The notes below the pieces were generated by a model that saw nothing but the letters and a program-made list of their open reading frames with translations, was not told where the DNA came from and made no database searches. The translations under genes were made by a program, and so were the position numbers. DNA of 64,000 nucleotides, from positions 70,452,181 through 70,516,180 of the forward strand of contig NC_057719.1 of the NCBI RefSeq assembly GCF_004010195.1, written 5' to 3'. The stretch comes from Chiloscyllium plagiosum. Lineage: Eukaryota. Shown piece after piece: positions 1 to 14,170 of this stretch. Position 1 is the first letter of the stretch. Every line of letters starts with the position of its first letter.

Positions 1-94
1 CTTCTTTTCTATCATTGTGTACCTGTATATGATCTCAGTTAAAGTTTGCGACAGGAATTGCACAGGATTTCTGCTTCCATCAGTTAGCACTTGC

Positions 95-443
95 GGAAGG
101 GCATGAGAATGCAAATGTAACCGTGATACAAAATAAAACTGGATGCAACAAAGCTGCATGGAAGGATGAACAGTGAGAATGATACAAAGTGCCTCAATAT
201 GATTTGGACAAGTGGAATAAATGGGCAAAAACAGGGCAGATGAAATATAATGTGGATAAATATGAAGTTATCCACTTTGGTGGAAACATAGAGCAGATTA
301 TTATCTGAATGGTGACAGATTGGGAAAGGGAAAAATGCAATGAGACCTGAGTGCATTCACGAGTTGCTGAAAGTAAACATATGGATCGAGCAAACCACAA
401 ATGGAACATCAGTTTCACAGCGATATAATTCAAATATCAGAGA
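95..443 (+). mobile_element. Decayed CR1 LINE ORF2 (RT C-terminal part), 5' piece; continues at 1217
   Basis: Degenerate 'DATKL' (FADDTK-like) followed by 'QMKYNVDKYEVIHFG', typical of CR1 ORF2; colinear with 1217-1807 across an insertion. Confidence 0.75.
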
Positions 444-1216
444 AGAATAGAATAGAATAGTCATCTATTGTCACTTGCATTTTTTACAAAAAAAATACAG
501 TGAAAAATGTTTAAATTGCCATACCCTGGTGCCTATATTAATGACAGAAGGTATAGATAAGAAACAAAAAGACAAAGTCTATATTAGTTCAATTCATGGC
601 TCTTGGGTTTGGGAAAAGACAGTATCACTGTAAGACTGACACACCATGCCATGGGAATACTGGGCTGGGAGTCTCTGCAGAAGATGTCCCAAGGAGCAAT
701 CTTATTGAGAGAGCTGGCCACCCACACCAGCTGCTAAAATCTTGGGTCGCAAGGTTCCGCAGAATCCCAAATCTGCCCCAAGAATACACCTCGTTGCTGA
801 TCTCACGCCAGGAGATGTCGCACAAAACTGCATGAAGGAATCCCAGGCTGCTGGATGTGGGTTTGAAACCACCTCATGGCCAAAGCTGCCGCTGACCTGC
901 CCAATGGAACCACATGATGTAGTGGCGAAGACGCCAAAGCTGACAACCACCAGAGGCAGCCACAATGCCAATGAGGAACCACCATCAAAATGGCACAAGC
1001 CACCTGAAACACCCTTCTTCCACCTCATCGATGTCGTCTCCACTGGTGTAGCTGACTTCTCTGGGCTCAGTAACTATTTCCATATTCTGGACACCCATGA
1101 AGCTGCCTTCCTAACACTTTCCACCAAAAGACAAATGAAGAAAAGAAAAGGTGGATGAACTGGACGATCTCTGGGCACAGGGGTCCAGGCACTGCATATT
1201 TTGCTACTGCCATCTT
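444..1216 (-). mobile_element. Non-autonomous retroposon (L2/Rex-Babar-like ends) splitting a CR1
   Basis: Minus strand starts AAGATGGCAG (1216) and ends in an (ATTCT)n tail (444-460); no RT motifs inside; interrupts colinear CR1 sequence. Confidence 0.5.
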
Positions 1217-1807
1217 ACTGCAGTTGTAGAGTGCAATGGGTGAGATCACATCTGGAGTATTGTGTGCAGTTTTAGTTTCCTTATCTGAGGAATGTTGTTC
1301 TGGTTATGGAGAGAGAACAATGAAAGTTTAGCAGACTGATTCCTAGGATAGCTGGACTGATGTACAAAGAGAGAGTGGATCATTTTGAATTATATCACTG
1401 AAGTTTCGAAGAATGGCGTACGTTTCATAGGAATGCATAAAGTTCTGACAGGACTAGACAATGTCAATGCTGGAAGGATGTTCCTGATGACTGGGGAGCC
1501 CAGGACCAGAGATCATAGTCTAAGCAAAAAACAGTGAGCCATTTAGGACTGAGATGAGGAGAACTTTCTTTACCCAGAGATTGGGAAGACTGTGGAATTC
1601 TCTGCCACAGAAAGTAGTTGAGGCCAAAATATTAAATGTTTTTGAGAAGAATTTAGATATCACTCTGAGAACTAAATGGGTCAAAAGGAATGCAGAAGAA
1701 GCAGGAATGGGGTACTGAGCTGGATGATTAGCCATGATCATATTGAATGGTGGAGCAGGCTTGAAGGGCTGAATGGCCTACTTCAGCTCCTATTTTCTAT
1801 GTTTCTA
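1217..1807 (+). mobile_element. CR1 LINE 3' end
   Basis: 'HLEYCVQF' and 'FFTQR..LWNSLPQKVVEA' motifs, CR1-type 3'UTR, ttctatgtttcta tail. Confidence 0.85.
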
Positions 1808-1829
1808 CGTGCAATTGCCTTATACAGGA

Positions 1830-4800
1830 AAGAATCAGTTGCAGAGGTCGTATTGCCTTCCTGGTGCCAAGTTTCAGGACACCATTTCGTTTCTGGAGAA
1901 GACCATGGAGTGGAAGGAGAAAGATCAGTTGTCATGGTCCATGTAGGTACCAATGAGATAGGTAGAACTAGGAAAGAGGTTCTGCTGAAGGATTATGAAC
2001 AGCTCAGGTCCATGTTAAAAAGAAGAACCACAAAGGTTAGGATTATGACCTGAGCCAAGAGAAAATTGGAGGAGGGTAAATAAGATTAGAGAGGTAAATG
2101 CATGGCTCAGAGATTTATGTAGGAGAAATGGGTTTTAATTCATGGTGCACTAGCACCCACACTTGGGAAAAAGAGAACTATTCCTTTAGGATGGGCTTCT
2201 TTGAAATTCGTGGCATACTTGTCATGTCCTTACCTCTTGGCCAGAAAACCTGGGTTCTAGCCCCATCTGCTTGAGAAGAGTGTAATAACATTCTGAACAG
2301 GTTGATTAGAAATTAGAGACCAACAGGATTAGATAGGGCTCTAAACTAATGATTTGTGGTGGCAGGGATGATTCAATTGAAGGGAAATTTAAAAGTTCTG
2401 GAAGAAGTGCAGGGTAGTGAAGAGATGAATGATAATCAAAGTGTGACAGGAAGAGTTAAAAATAGATGCAGAAAAGTGCAGCAGAAATTAGAACCAGCGT
2501 AAGTAATAAGGGAAAAATTCAAAGGTTATGGTTCTTTTTCTGAATGCACACAGTATTTGTAACAAGGTGGATGAGTTGATGGTGCCAATAAAAATAAATG
2601 GATAGACCTGATAGCTATTACAGAGAAAAGATTGCAGAACAGCGAAGACTAAGAACTCAGTACTCAAGGATTTATCACATCCTGGAAGAATAATGTTAAA
2701 ATGAAAGGAGCTGGGGTAGCTTTGTTAATAAAGGAAGACATCAGTGCACTGGTGTATAGCGATATAGGTGTAACAAACCATGAAGTGGAACAGTTTGGTT
2801 TGAGATAAGGAACACCAAATTGAAAAAGTCACTGACAAGAAGTTCTCAATGAGCTGTCTCCTTGGAAACCTAAGTATAAACCAGAAAATAATGGAGGTTT
2901 GTAAGAAGAACACTATAATTGTCAAGAGTGGTTTTAAAGAGTGGTTTATATTGTTGGGAGAAATTAGATGGGCAAGTTTAACGTAGAAGACAAATTTATA
3001 GATTGCATTGGGGATTGTTTGTCAAAGCAGTATATTGCAGAACCTACTCAAGAACAGGATACAGCATTTTAAACCTAGTATGTGTAATGAGGTCTGATTA
3101 ACAAGAGATCCAATAGTTAAGGATCCTCTAGGAGGTAGTGATCACGATATCATAGAATTTCAAATTTGGTTTGAAGGAGGGTAACTCGAGTCTAAACTAA
3201 TGCCCCAACTTAAATAAGGTCAAATACAGAGGACTGAAGAAAGAGTTGCTTGTACTGAGAAAATTGACTAAGGGGAAAAGTCACTGAATGAACAGTGGCA
3301 TAATTTAAGCTTTGTTTCCTAACACTCGGCAAGAATTTATTTTGGTCAGAATGAAAGACTCGATGAGAAGGATGAACCAACCTGGCTGAATAAAGGCAGT
3401 TAAGAAACGACTCGATGAAAAAGTAATGAGTATGAATTAGGCCAGAGGATTTTATTTTAGGAACCAGCAGCGATGAGTAAAAAGCTAACAAAGAGGCTGA
3501 AACTTGATTATGAAAGTAAATTAGCCAGAAATGTAAAAACAAAAACAAGAGCTTCAATGGGATATATAAAAAGAGTGGCTAAAGTAAGTGTAGGAGTGGA
3601 CTTCACAATGGAGGACCCCATAAACATCCAAAAGCTAACAGGTTAGCAAGGTGATAAGGAAGGAAGGATCTTACAATATTCTCTATCTCAAGGGACAAAG
3701 TATTTTAGAAATTATTAGAACTGCAAGTAGACAAGATGTCCAGACCTGATGGGTTACATTCAAGGATTATAAAGCAACTGGTTACAGAAATAGTGGAGGC
3801 ATTGGTCAAAACAGTCCAGAACTGACTGGATTCTAGGAGGCTTCCAGTGGGATGGAAAGCTATTAATGCAATGCCCCTGTTCAAGAACGGAAACTCTAGG
3901 GCAGTTAGCCTAATATCTGTCATTCAGAAAATGCTATCATCCATTATTAGGGGAGAAAAGAAGGGCATCCAGAAATGCCTAAAATAATCAAACAGAATTG
4001 GCATGGTTTTGTGAAAAATAAGTTATGTTTGACAAAGTTGTTCAAGTTCTTTGAGGAGATAGGAAGCAGAGTTGACAAAAGGGGGAACTGGTAGATGTAG
4101 TGTATCTGCAGTAAAAAGTTATATGGCACATAGTGAGTTATTGCACAAGGCAGGAGGCCTTGCAGTAAGGTACTAGCATGGATAGAGGATTAGTTAAAAA
4201 CAGAAAATAGGAGATCAGGATTAATTCATCTTTTCAGGCTGAAAAAAACCATATGCAATGATCAATCATATGGCCTCAAATAATTACCTTTTATATTAAT
4301 ACACTCTTCCTGATTGCCTAGGCATTATGTCCAAATTTGCTGATAATGTAAAAATATGCAGGGCGGCGGGGCAGGTTGTGATGAAGACATAAGGAACTTG
4401 TAAGGGGATATAGATAGGTTGTGTAAATGGGGAAATGCTTGGCAGATGGAATTTGATGTAAGAACACTGTGAGGTCATGTGCTTTGGTGGGAAGAATGAA
4501 AATGGAGGAAGACTCCAAAATATGTAGTGCAGTAGCTTCTCAGTGATGTTGTGCATGAAACACAAAAATTAGCATGGTAGGTGCAGCAAATAATTAAGAA
4601 GGCAAACGGAAATTTGGCCTTTATTGTTGGGAAATTGGAGTTGATAAATGGGGATGTCTTGTTACAATATACAGGATGTTAGTGAGGCTATACCTTGAGT
4701 GCTGTGTACAGTTTTTGTCACCATGTTTAAAAAATGACATATTAACATTGGAGCCAGTTAAAAGGAAATTCATGTCACTGATGAAGCATTGATTTACCGA

Positions 4801-4990
4801 GGATGGCTAAAACGGGTTAGGCCTTTATTCAAACTTAGAGTGCAAGATAATGTTATTGAAATATGCAAAATTCTGAGGAGATTTGACAGGATAAGTGTTG
4901 AGGAGATTCAGGGGAATCTCAAAATAGGATAAGGAGGCACTCATTTAAAACTGAGATGTGAAGGATTTTCTCCTCCCAGGAGGCAGTGAA
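1830..4990 (+). mobile_element. Near full-length, heavily decayed CR1 LINE (ORF1 esterase remnant, APE endonuclease, RT)
   Basis: 'VVMVHVGTNEIG' SGNH-esterase motif of CR1 ORF1 (~1930-1960); APE-like 'FLNAHSICNK', 'DLIAITE', 'GGSDHD'; RT 'SKFADNVK'; many stops and frameshifts. Confidence 0.85.
2205..2313 (+). mobile_element. Short tRNA-like SINE (copy 1 of 4), inside CR1
   Basis: Box-B-like GGTTCTAGCC; 3' end taacattctgaacaggttgattagaaa shared with copies at 7040, 44187 and 55811. Confidence 0.6.
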
Positions 4991-5679
4991 TGTTACTGAA
5001 TGTTACAATATACGCTACAATACATATTGTACAATGTATGTTGTCAAGTGTTAACAAAAAGGTGGCCAGTCTTGGTAGAGAATTCTGAACTTCCTCTTGC
5101 ACCCCCACAACACCTAGACCCTCCCCAGCAAGTTGTCCTCCTTTATTTTCTAGTTTTAGCTGCTAAGCTTGTCTTGGCTTTGTACCCTCAGAATAAGCAT
5201 TGATGCCAAGATCAGTCTCTGTCCTCATGCACTGATTGAAATTCCACAACAGCTTTTTCTTGTTGCTCGTGACTTTACTTTGTGCTGGAAAAATTAGGCC
5301 ACAGTGCCACAGAAGGGAAAACGGAGTGAAAGTGGAACACATTTTCAACAGTGGCCTTATTTACATTAAGTTGTCAGTTTGATGTCTTTGCAGTTATGGG
5401 ATCAGTATTCTGAGGGACAGTGTTAACTATTGGTTTAACAATGGTACCTTTGTCTTGTGAACATATCCATGTGCCAGATGCATTCAATTCATACAACGTT
5501 CATAGATGTAGAATATTAATTAGCTTCACTTTAATAACATTAATCTATTTTACTTCAATGGAGCTTAGTCCTCTAATGTGTATTCTTTACTTTATTCAGC
5601 ACTTTAACAATAAAGTTTTCTTTCCTTTTAGTTAGCACTTTTGCCAGCAATCTTGTTCACTTTTTCCCAGCATAGTCTC

Positions 5680-6360
5680 ACTGTCCAAACTTATCCATCA
5701 CGATAGTTTCATTGCCTCTTCCAGATTTATTTCTCTGATTCTAGATGACTTGTCCTCAACAATGGCTTCAGCTTTATTCCCCCAAGAAATTCAATTTGGT
5801 ACAACTTTGAGCTCTTTTGCTATTTTCACCTCTACATTCATTTTTCTGGTTTGGAGACTCACCCTTGGAGAAACATAATTACTTCACCTCTCCTCCACCT
5901 TCTGGTTCATGCAACTGTTCCCTCTGGCATCCTACCCTGCATTCAGTTTTCATGAATTGAGAACTATTATTGACCATTTCAGCTTCTCTACTCCCCTCAT
6001 TCACTCAAACATTTCTCTAAGTATCCTCTCCACTGTCCTCTGTTTTTGAAATTATCATTCCAATTGTTTTCTAACATGTCCCTCCCTTGCTTTCTTCCTA
6101 TTGCACCTTCTTTTCCAAGAGTAGAGATTGATACCAACTTATCTCTTCTCAACCTAAGCTATTGGTCAGATACAATTTTAGGTGTCTCTCCTTCAGCTTG
6201 TCATCACATATCCATTGCTCACGAAAGCACTTCCTGCAATACAGACAATTTAAGTACCTGCAAGTTGAACAACTCTGTGCACACATGTTCACTCTCTGAT
6301 TTCACTGCTTTTGGCCTATATTCTAATCATGAGGACCCACATCTTATCTTTCCATGAGAT
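5680..6360 (+). mobile_element. Highly decayed Penelope-like RT fragment
   Basis: Pyrimidine-rich sequence with only weak resemblance to Penelope RT regions. Confidence 0.35.
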
Positions 6361-6409
6361 ACTTTGCTGTGCTCTGGTATTAATATTGACATTAATAAAA
6401 GGATGCTAC

Positions 6410-6841
6410 TGAGACTCAAAGGTTTGAATTATAAGGAGAGGCTGGATGGACTGGACTTGTTTTCCTGAAGCATAAGAATCTAAGGGGTGACCTTATAGAG
6501 GTTTATAAAATCATCAGGGACATCAATATGGTGAATAGACAAGGTTTTTTTCCTAGGATAGGGGAGTCTAAAACAAAAGGGTATAGGTTTAAGTTGAGAA
6601 GGGAAAGATTTAAAAGGGATCTGAGGGGTAACGTTTTCACACAGAGAGTGGTACAAATATGGAATGAGCTGCCTCAGGAAGTGGTAGAGATTGGATATAA
6701 TTGCAACATTTAAAAGACATTTGGACAGGTATATTAACAGGAAGGGATTAGAGTGATATGGGCCAAATGCTGGCAAATGGGACTAGTTCAGTTTAGGAGT
6801 TGCACTGAAGGGTCTATTTCCATGCTGTATGACTCTATGAT
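6410..6841 (+). mobile_element. CR1 LINE 3' end
   Basis: 'LRGDLIEVYKI', 'FKRDLRGNVFTQRVVQIWNELPQEVVE'; tatgactctatga tail. Confidence 0.9.
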
Positions 6842-7039
6842 TAAGCTCCCACAACATCTTCAGTAGGAATTACTGTTAATGTGAGTTGGATATGCTTGCA
6901 TTTTCTTTTGGAGAAACAGGGCTGTAGATGGTTCACAAATGTGGTGGAGAACTCTACTTTTCAAAGTGTGCCCATTGTGCCTTTTCCCCTCACACTCCTG
7001 TTTATCATTTTTTAAATGCTGTAGAATTTTTTTTTCATT

Positions 7040-7138
7040 ATTTTAAGACACTTGTTTGAACACATTATTTCCAGAGTAGCTTCAACTCAGATCTTCTAGC
7101 CCAGATGCAGGGACACTGACAATCTACTGCAAGACTCT
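7040..7138 (-). mobile_element. Short tRNA-like SINE (copy 2)
   Basis: Reverse complement agagtcttgcagtagattgtcagtgtccctgcatctgggctagaagatctgagttgaagc... aligns by eye to the other copies. Confidence 0.5.
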
Positions 7139-7849
7139 ATATATTCAGTTTTTTCTCCCCCTCTTTCTGATCTCTGAACAGATGCTGAATGAGCTTCCTG
7201 GACTTCCCAGCTGTTTCTGCTTTAGTTCACCATTAATTGTCGTCTACTGATTGTGTATTTGAATGATGATTCCCAATAAGCATTTGCCACTGTGTCTATC
7301 ATCTCAAAACAAAGCTCATCAATGTATTACAAACACACTTTTATTTTAATTAAATATTATGAAAAAAGGAAAATATTTTTTAGCATTATCCTTGCCCAGC
7401 CTATTCTCAACGCTAGATAAGACATGCAGTAGGTCAAAGTCTTCAATGCCACTGGTAGGAAACTGCAATACACGAATACACAGCAACAGCAAACACAACA
7501 GCTTTCTGCTCATCATAAACACTAATGATCTTTAATGCATAGGTGCCTGATGTACTTGATGAAATAGCACAGTCTGGCTGGATATGACAAGTTAATACAA
7601 GTGAATTTAGTTGAATTGTGATGAGCATCAAACAGTAGTTGGGGGAAGGGGGAGGGAAATCACTTAACAAAATAGTGCCGTGCACACATGTTATAGGTGT
7701 TCGTATAAATGGTGACATTTTATTTGAAGCTTCAGATAGTGATAAAGTATAATCTTGTTTGCCAACTGATTTGCTCTTGAATAGATCAATACTAAATATT
7801 GTTTGGCAATAAGCTCTAAGTGGTAAAGTCACTTCAGGAGAACATAGAT

Positions 7850-8600
7850 AAACATTGAGAAATAAGGAGACATATGAAGATGCAATTTAACATAGTAAAG
7901 TATGAAGTGATGCATTATGGAAGGAGTGAGAAGGAAAGGCAATATAAACTGGATGATACATTGTTAAAGGAGATGCATGAAGAAAGTGACCTGATGTAAA
8001 TGTACATAAATCTTTGAATATGGCAACTCAAATTAAGAAGGCCATTAAAAACAAACAAACATGATCTTTGGCTTTATAAGCAGAATCCTGGAATACAAAG
8101 CAGGGAAGTTACAAAAAAAATCATTGATTAGGCCCCAGATGGAGTACTAAAACTGGTTCTGGGATCCAACCTTTGGGAAGGATGTTAAGGCCTTAAAAAT
8201 GGTACATGGGGTATTTCTAGAGTGGTATCAATGATGAAACGAAGGTTGGCTGTGAAGAAAGTCTTGAATGCCGGGATTGACCTCCTGAGAGCAGAAAAAA
8301 ACAGTTACAAAGTTATTGAATTGAGATATTCAAAATAATGAAGTATTTTGATGAATGGTCAGTAATGTGGGTACAATTTTAAGAAAGAAACTGAGATGAA
8401 GTAAAGAAAATTGTTATTTTTTGGACTACACTACCTGATAGCGCTGTGGAAGTGGATTAAACCATAATTTCCAAAAAGGTGTTTAATAAATACTCAAAAG
8501 AAACTGGGCAGCTTTGGGGAAAGGACTAATTCAATAATTCTTTCAAAGAACCAGCGCAGGTACAATAGGATGGATGGCCAACTTCAGAACTGTATTATTT
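7850..8600 (+). mobile_element. Old CR1 LINE 3' portion
   Basis: 'MQFNIVKYEVMHYGR' and 'LIRPQMEY..WFW' remnants. Confidence 0.7.
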
Positions 8601-11600
8601 AAAATTTCAATGTTAACAAGTTGAACAATTGTAAGCTCCACTTTTGTCAAATAGGGCATCTCTCGTCAAATAGTTAGACATTTTTAGCACCATCACAATT
8701 TGAGCCCAATTGTGTCAGATGGTATTTTGATGAAACTGTTGAGTTACACATTCTGCACATAGCCAGTTTCCCCAGTGTACTCATTATTGCAAAAGCCATT
8801 ACTTAGTTGCCTCTGACACTATAATGGGCTTTGCAAATACATGGTCATAATGTTAGATCACATACAGAAGATTGTAAGTCCACGTTTTAAGTTTTGTTTT
8901 TGTATAATCTCAATATGAATGCTTAAAGTATGAAAGACAGGAATGAAGACATCAATGAGATATCCAATTATGTTCATTAAATACTATAATTGTACACATT
9001 TCAATTATTCATAGTTAAGAATACTATATTCAAAATGTGCTTCAATATGAAACAGATTTATATTGGTAAGCATTCTTTTATCTTTGATATCTATGCAGAG
9101 TGTTTACTCCAGTGAATACTCAAAAAGGAATTGTTAAACTGACCCAGTTACATGAACCATTAATAACTAATAAACATGAGACCATACTGGAGAACTGTGT
9201 AAAGCTTCATATTTAATGAAAATGAACTTTATGCAAGTTAACAATGCTAGTTTCTACTGAATCAGCCAGGGAATATTTTGGTTTTATTGGAGAACATGCT
9301 TAAACAGTGTACACACTTTAGTCAAACTGACTAAAAAATAGTGAAACAAAGCCCAAATTAAATAAATGTTAGAAGTGAGAAACAATCATGCCTGCAGTAA
9401 TAAAAATACAGGTGTGAACAATAACTTCAATACTTATTCTGCTTTTCCCTATGGTGAAATGGGTTGACCTACATAGAACTAGAGCCCTTGCTGCTTCTGT
9501 TATTTGGAAGCAAGAAATGTTGGCTGGATAAATTCTGGCTCAGTCTCTTGTGGTCAAATGGCTTTCTTTCAATATTCAGTGACAAACATCATATGGCCCA
9601 GATTTTACTGAAAAAAAAAAGTCTGATTGACCCACACTGCAGCAATATAGAGGTAGAGATAGTTCAAGAACTGCAAACCGTCACAAGTTGCTCACCAGAT
9701 TTGTACCATACCAATGTCATTTCATGCTTAACCCTGTGATATTCATGAATTTGCTCCATTTGGCCATTAGGTTTGCCACAATTGGTCCAATCCAGTGCAG
9801 TTATCCCTTCAACAATGTCATAATTGTTAATAATGGCCAATCAACCTGCCCAGAAAATAAACTATTATACGTGGAGTGTCTTAATCCTTCAAGTCATGAT
9901 TTGTTTAAGGAGTTGTTAAAAATGTTGAATTTTAAAATTTAGATTCAGGTAATCTCAGTATTGTTAGCAACTCACACTTCCGGCAATTTTACAATCTAGT
10001 TTCGTTTTTGAAACATAGGTACAAACCTATCTAATGATATACGCCGCTCCAGAGAAATCTAGCCTACAGTTTCTCATAACGCATGAGGAGTTCTTACCCG
10101 GCTCTCTCTGTCTGTAAGCTACCTTAATAGCTTACGAGTGCAATTCAGTAGCTGATGACCAGCCTTATTTTCTCAAATCAGTGACAACCCTCTTTGATTA
10201 AAATCATCTATCACATGCATCGGGAAAAAAAAAATCAAATGTAGGAAGTGATAAAAATAACTTGAACTAATTACAGCAGTATAATTAGGCTAATACTTTT
10301 CCTTTCGCTGTGAAGTAGATCAAACATTATGTAGAGCTCTGAAGAGATTTAAAACTGAACACAGGCATGTTTTCAGCATTTGAGTATATTTACTCCAATT
10401 AAAAGAGCATGTTATGTTAAAATCAAATTAATGAACTTCTAATTAGTTCTGTCAAGATCACAGTAATTTTGTTTTTGTTTCTTGGGATCTACCCTGATCC
10501 AATGAATATACCTTGGTTGTTGTTAATGCCCTGATGTTGACCATAATTAGGATTGAGCTGCTTTGTGTAATTTTCTTGATCAACATGACAAGACAAAATC
10601 CGTATTCGGAACTGTTGGAGAAAAAGGACTTGCATGTGAAATAAAGATGGAGTTTAGACTAGTACAAATCTGCTGCCTAAATCACTCCTATTGTACACTG
10701 CTAACACTATACCAAACAGCTACTGCAAGTTTAATCTTTGACCTTGGCAAGCCAGCAACATATGTAGGACATTGTCACCTTTGGAGCTCCTTGGTTAGTG
10801 AAGGATTACAAAATTAAATCGATTAGCATTTTTCGACTTCCTGCAGAGACACAGGTGACACACGCTGCACACTATTGTACAAAACAATTCATTTTGACAC
10901 CTGCATACCATTCATAAAACACTAGCAGTTGATCACAGCATTGTGGAGTTGTCCAAAATCTCAAAGGAAGTTTCAGAAGATTTTGGATATTTATTTTGCA
11001 GACTTTGGTATGTTATTCTCATGTGTCAATGAGAAGGGTAGCAACTTGCTGGAGAAATATCCCTTGCAGAAACAAATAAACAGTGGGTTCTGATTAGCTA
11101 CAATGTCAGACCATTCAAAAATGAAACAAAGCTGAGTAGAATGCAAAACCACAAGATGCTCCAAATAATAAAACGCAACTAAATTTTTTACTTGTAGGGC
11201 AAGTCAAACCATTCACAATTAGTTGACAGGTCTGTGGCCTGTCATGGTTGTTACCATGGCAGGGTGCCAGTGTATGCACAGGTTAGAGAAACAGGGGTGA
11301 ACAGAGGAGAAAAGGGGGAACAATCCAGACTGGTGACTTAGTGGGTTAGCTTTCAGAGTCAGTTGAAGAAGGAAGGAAATGATACAAAAAGAGATAATTA
11401 TACCTTGCAATACTGTGCTGAGAGGGAAAACAAATAAAAGCTTATTAATTTAAATAAAAGCGAAGCAATGTAAATCACCATCTTTCTGCAATATTTTGAT
11501 TTTTTTCAAAATATATAGCTATTTGAGTTATACATCTGGCACTGCTAGAGGATGGATTTGATCATGCACCAACAAGATAAAGTTTACAACATTTTTGAAT

Positions 11601-13871
11601 TCTACTTGTATAGTCAGATTTTCTCCATCAAGTTGGGAAGCAAAAGACGGGCCATTTCCCAACCTCAGAATACCATTGGATCCTCACAGAAGTTTGACAT
11701 TACAGATGTGGATGCAGGATGGCATTATGGCTATCATTTCCTGAAGCTGATCCAGGCAGCCTTAGTGTATGCTAAGGCTAGCAGATTAGAAGGCCCACCT
11801 CCATTTCCTTGGACATTGACCCTGTTCTATACATGGTTAAGACCAATAGCCTTTATCTTTCAAACCTTAACCCTTTCTACTACCCCCTCCGTGCCTCTTG
11901 ATAATCCCTCAAATTTCCATGTGCCTTCTTTATCCATTGGATAGAAGCTGACGATCAATCATTGCTTAAGTTTCAAACAGATTCTAGTTATGAGTTCTGA
12001 AATAAATAAAATCTTTTAAACTTATCTGCCAGAAGGTTCCCAGTTCTTTTTGTGTGTAGGTTCCTTTAAGCACCAAGTAATCTAGAATGGAATGTTTCTG
12101 ATCAAATTAGAAGACTCCCATTGAGTGTTACAGGTATTTACAGGAATATGACAAACATTACAACAAAGACTTTTAGGCACACTAGCTCCAGGTTCATCTC
12201 CTACAAGCTCCTTACTTATTCTAAGCAAGTCCCTGTTACATCATCACTGGATGCTGTTGACTGATCGATATGGAACAGACTCCACAGCAGTCTTTCACCA
12301 AAGTTCACTAACTGACTTACATGGTTCCATGTATATGGCTTTCAGGAACCCAGCTGCCTTGATGAAAATACCAATTGTAGGGGAAATTGCATTTGCAGCA
12401 GTCATTTAAATGATGATTCCAACATCACATTGCATGAGCATTGAGTTGTAATACACCACATTTTCTGCTTCTAAATAAATGACATCCATAGCAAGTGGCC
12501 TGGCTATTAGATTTACAGACCCCATATTATGGTTTTACTCAGCATTTACATGGGAAAATCCAGATCTAGTTGTTCTGTTGTAAAAATGACTTACATTACA
12601 TTGGGCCAGTCATAACCACAGCACATCCTAAAGTGTTTTATACTAATTACATTACTTTATGAAGAATAGTCATTTCAGTAGGAGGTCTTGTAGCATATTG
12701 ATAACCAGAAGCTTTGTGTTTAAGTACCACTCTCAGACGTGATGGCCAAGGAAGAGTAGTTCATAATACTGCCTAAACCTAACCCTAACAAGCAGGTTAA
12801 GTATCATTGTGTAAATTTTTCCAACAGATGCCAATGGCTGGTGATAAGACTGGGAGAGATTCTTGGTCAGTTATGTGCTGGAAGGTAAATTGGAGCTTCT
12901 GACATCACTATTCATAGCTTCAGACTATAACATGCATGGGTAGGTGGATGTTGGGTGGAGTGGGTTAGAGTGGGGATAGGGTGGTGTGAGCATTATTTCA
13001 GCTGCCTGGATGACCAATGTGGTTGAGATTGGTTGCAATCGCACGAGTTGGATTCTGGACCTGCTTCTTTGCCTTACTCATGACAGAGGTTGTGGTGCTA
13101 TTGGTCAGACATGCCTTTAAGCAGAGAACGCAATAAGAAGTTACTTCAGTAACTACATCAATGTAAAACAGAAATTACAGATTGCAAGATCCTCCTGCAA
13201 CAATTTAAATGAAAGATAATCTGTTTCAGGTACTGCCTAAGAGATAAATATGCATGAGGATAATGGGGAAATTATTTGTATTTGTTTTAAAACACCTTTC
13301 ATACACATTGTAAACAAACAATCTCCTGACTTGGGGACTGGAGCTGAAATTTGAAATTGCTAAAACAAAGTAACTAATTAACATGACTCAAAAAATAATC
13401 ATAATCTGTATTTCAAAATATGTTTTACAATCAATAGTTAATCACTACTATACATTGTTCTATGAGCACTGTGTTCATGTAATTGTATGTATCTGTGCAT
13501 GTCTGTATAAGGTGGTGTGCAGATGTGCGAATGTTAAAATACAGAAGAGATGACTAAGAACACATTGTGACTGCATACTCAGAGGTTTTGTGTGATGTCA
13601 ACTTTGAACAGGCACTTTTACCAAAAACAGCTTCCACGTTTAAAATTCGATTTTCCATAATCATCACTATCATTGTGAGGGATTTCTCAATGGAGACACA
13701 ACTGTAGAAAGCATCTGGCCTGGTTGCTTTACCTTCAATTGATTTAAGCATGATGTACTATTACAGAGTGATGTTCTTAAAGCTTGTTGACTTGATAAGA
13801 GCCCCATTTATATGTTTGCTTATTGTTTTTTTCCTGAAAGCTATTTGACACTAAACAAACCTGTGTTCTAT

Positions 13872-14170
13872 TTGTTTATTGGATATGGGTGTTGTTAGCT
13901 GGTCCAGCATTTATTGTCCATCCCTATTTTCCCTTGAAAGAGAGGTGGTGAGCTGCCTTCTTGAACTGTCACAGCCCTCAAGACATCTTCAATACTGTAT
14001 AAAAAGGAGTTCCAGGATTTTGATCTAATGGCAGTAAAAGAAGAGGAGGTATAGTTTCAAGTCACAGTGGGTTTGTGACTTTGGTGTGAGTAGCAGGGGA
14101 AGGATCTTGCAGGAGTCTTGTTCCACACATAGCCTGGTCTTTCTAACTAGAAGGGGTTAAGGGTTTGCAA
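13872..14170 (-). mobile_element. 3' end of a LINE-derived repeat (same tail family as 46405 and 51710)
   Basis: ggatatgggtgttgttagctggtccagcatttattgtccatccct matches the reverse complement of 46500-46545 and also 28985-29025. Confidence 0.6.

Noticed and set aside
742..1158. 138-aa ORF and overlapping ORFs
   Set aside because: They lie inside the retroposon at 444-1216, are open on both strands because of GC content, and show no motifs.
10114..10135. Perfect 8-bp hairpin gtaagcta/tagcttac
   Set aside because: Expected by chance in 64 kb; no supporting context.
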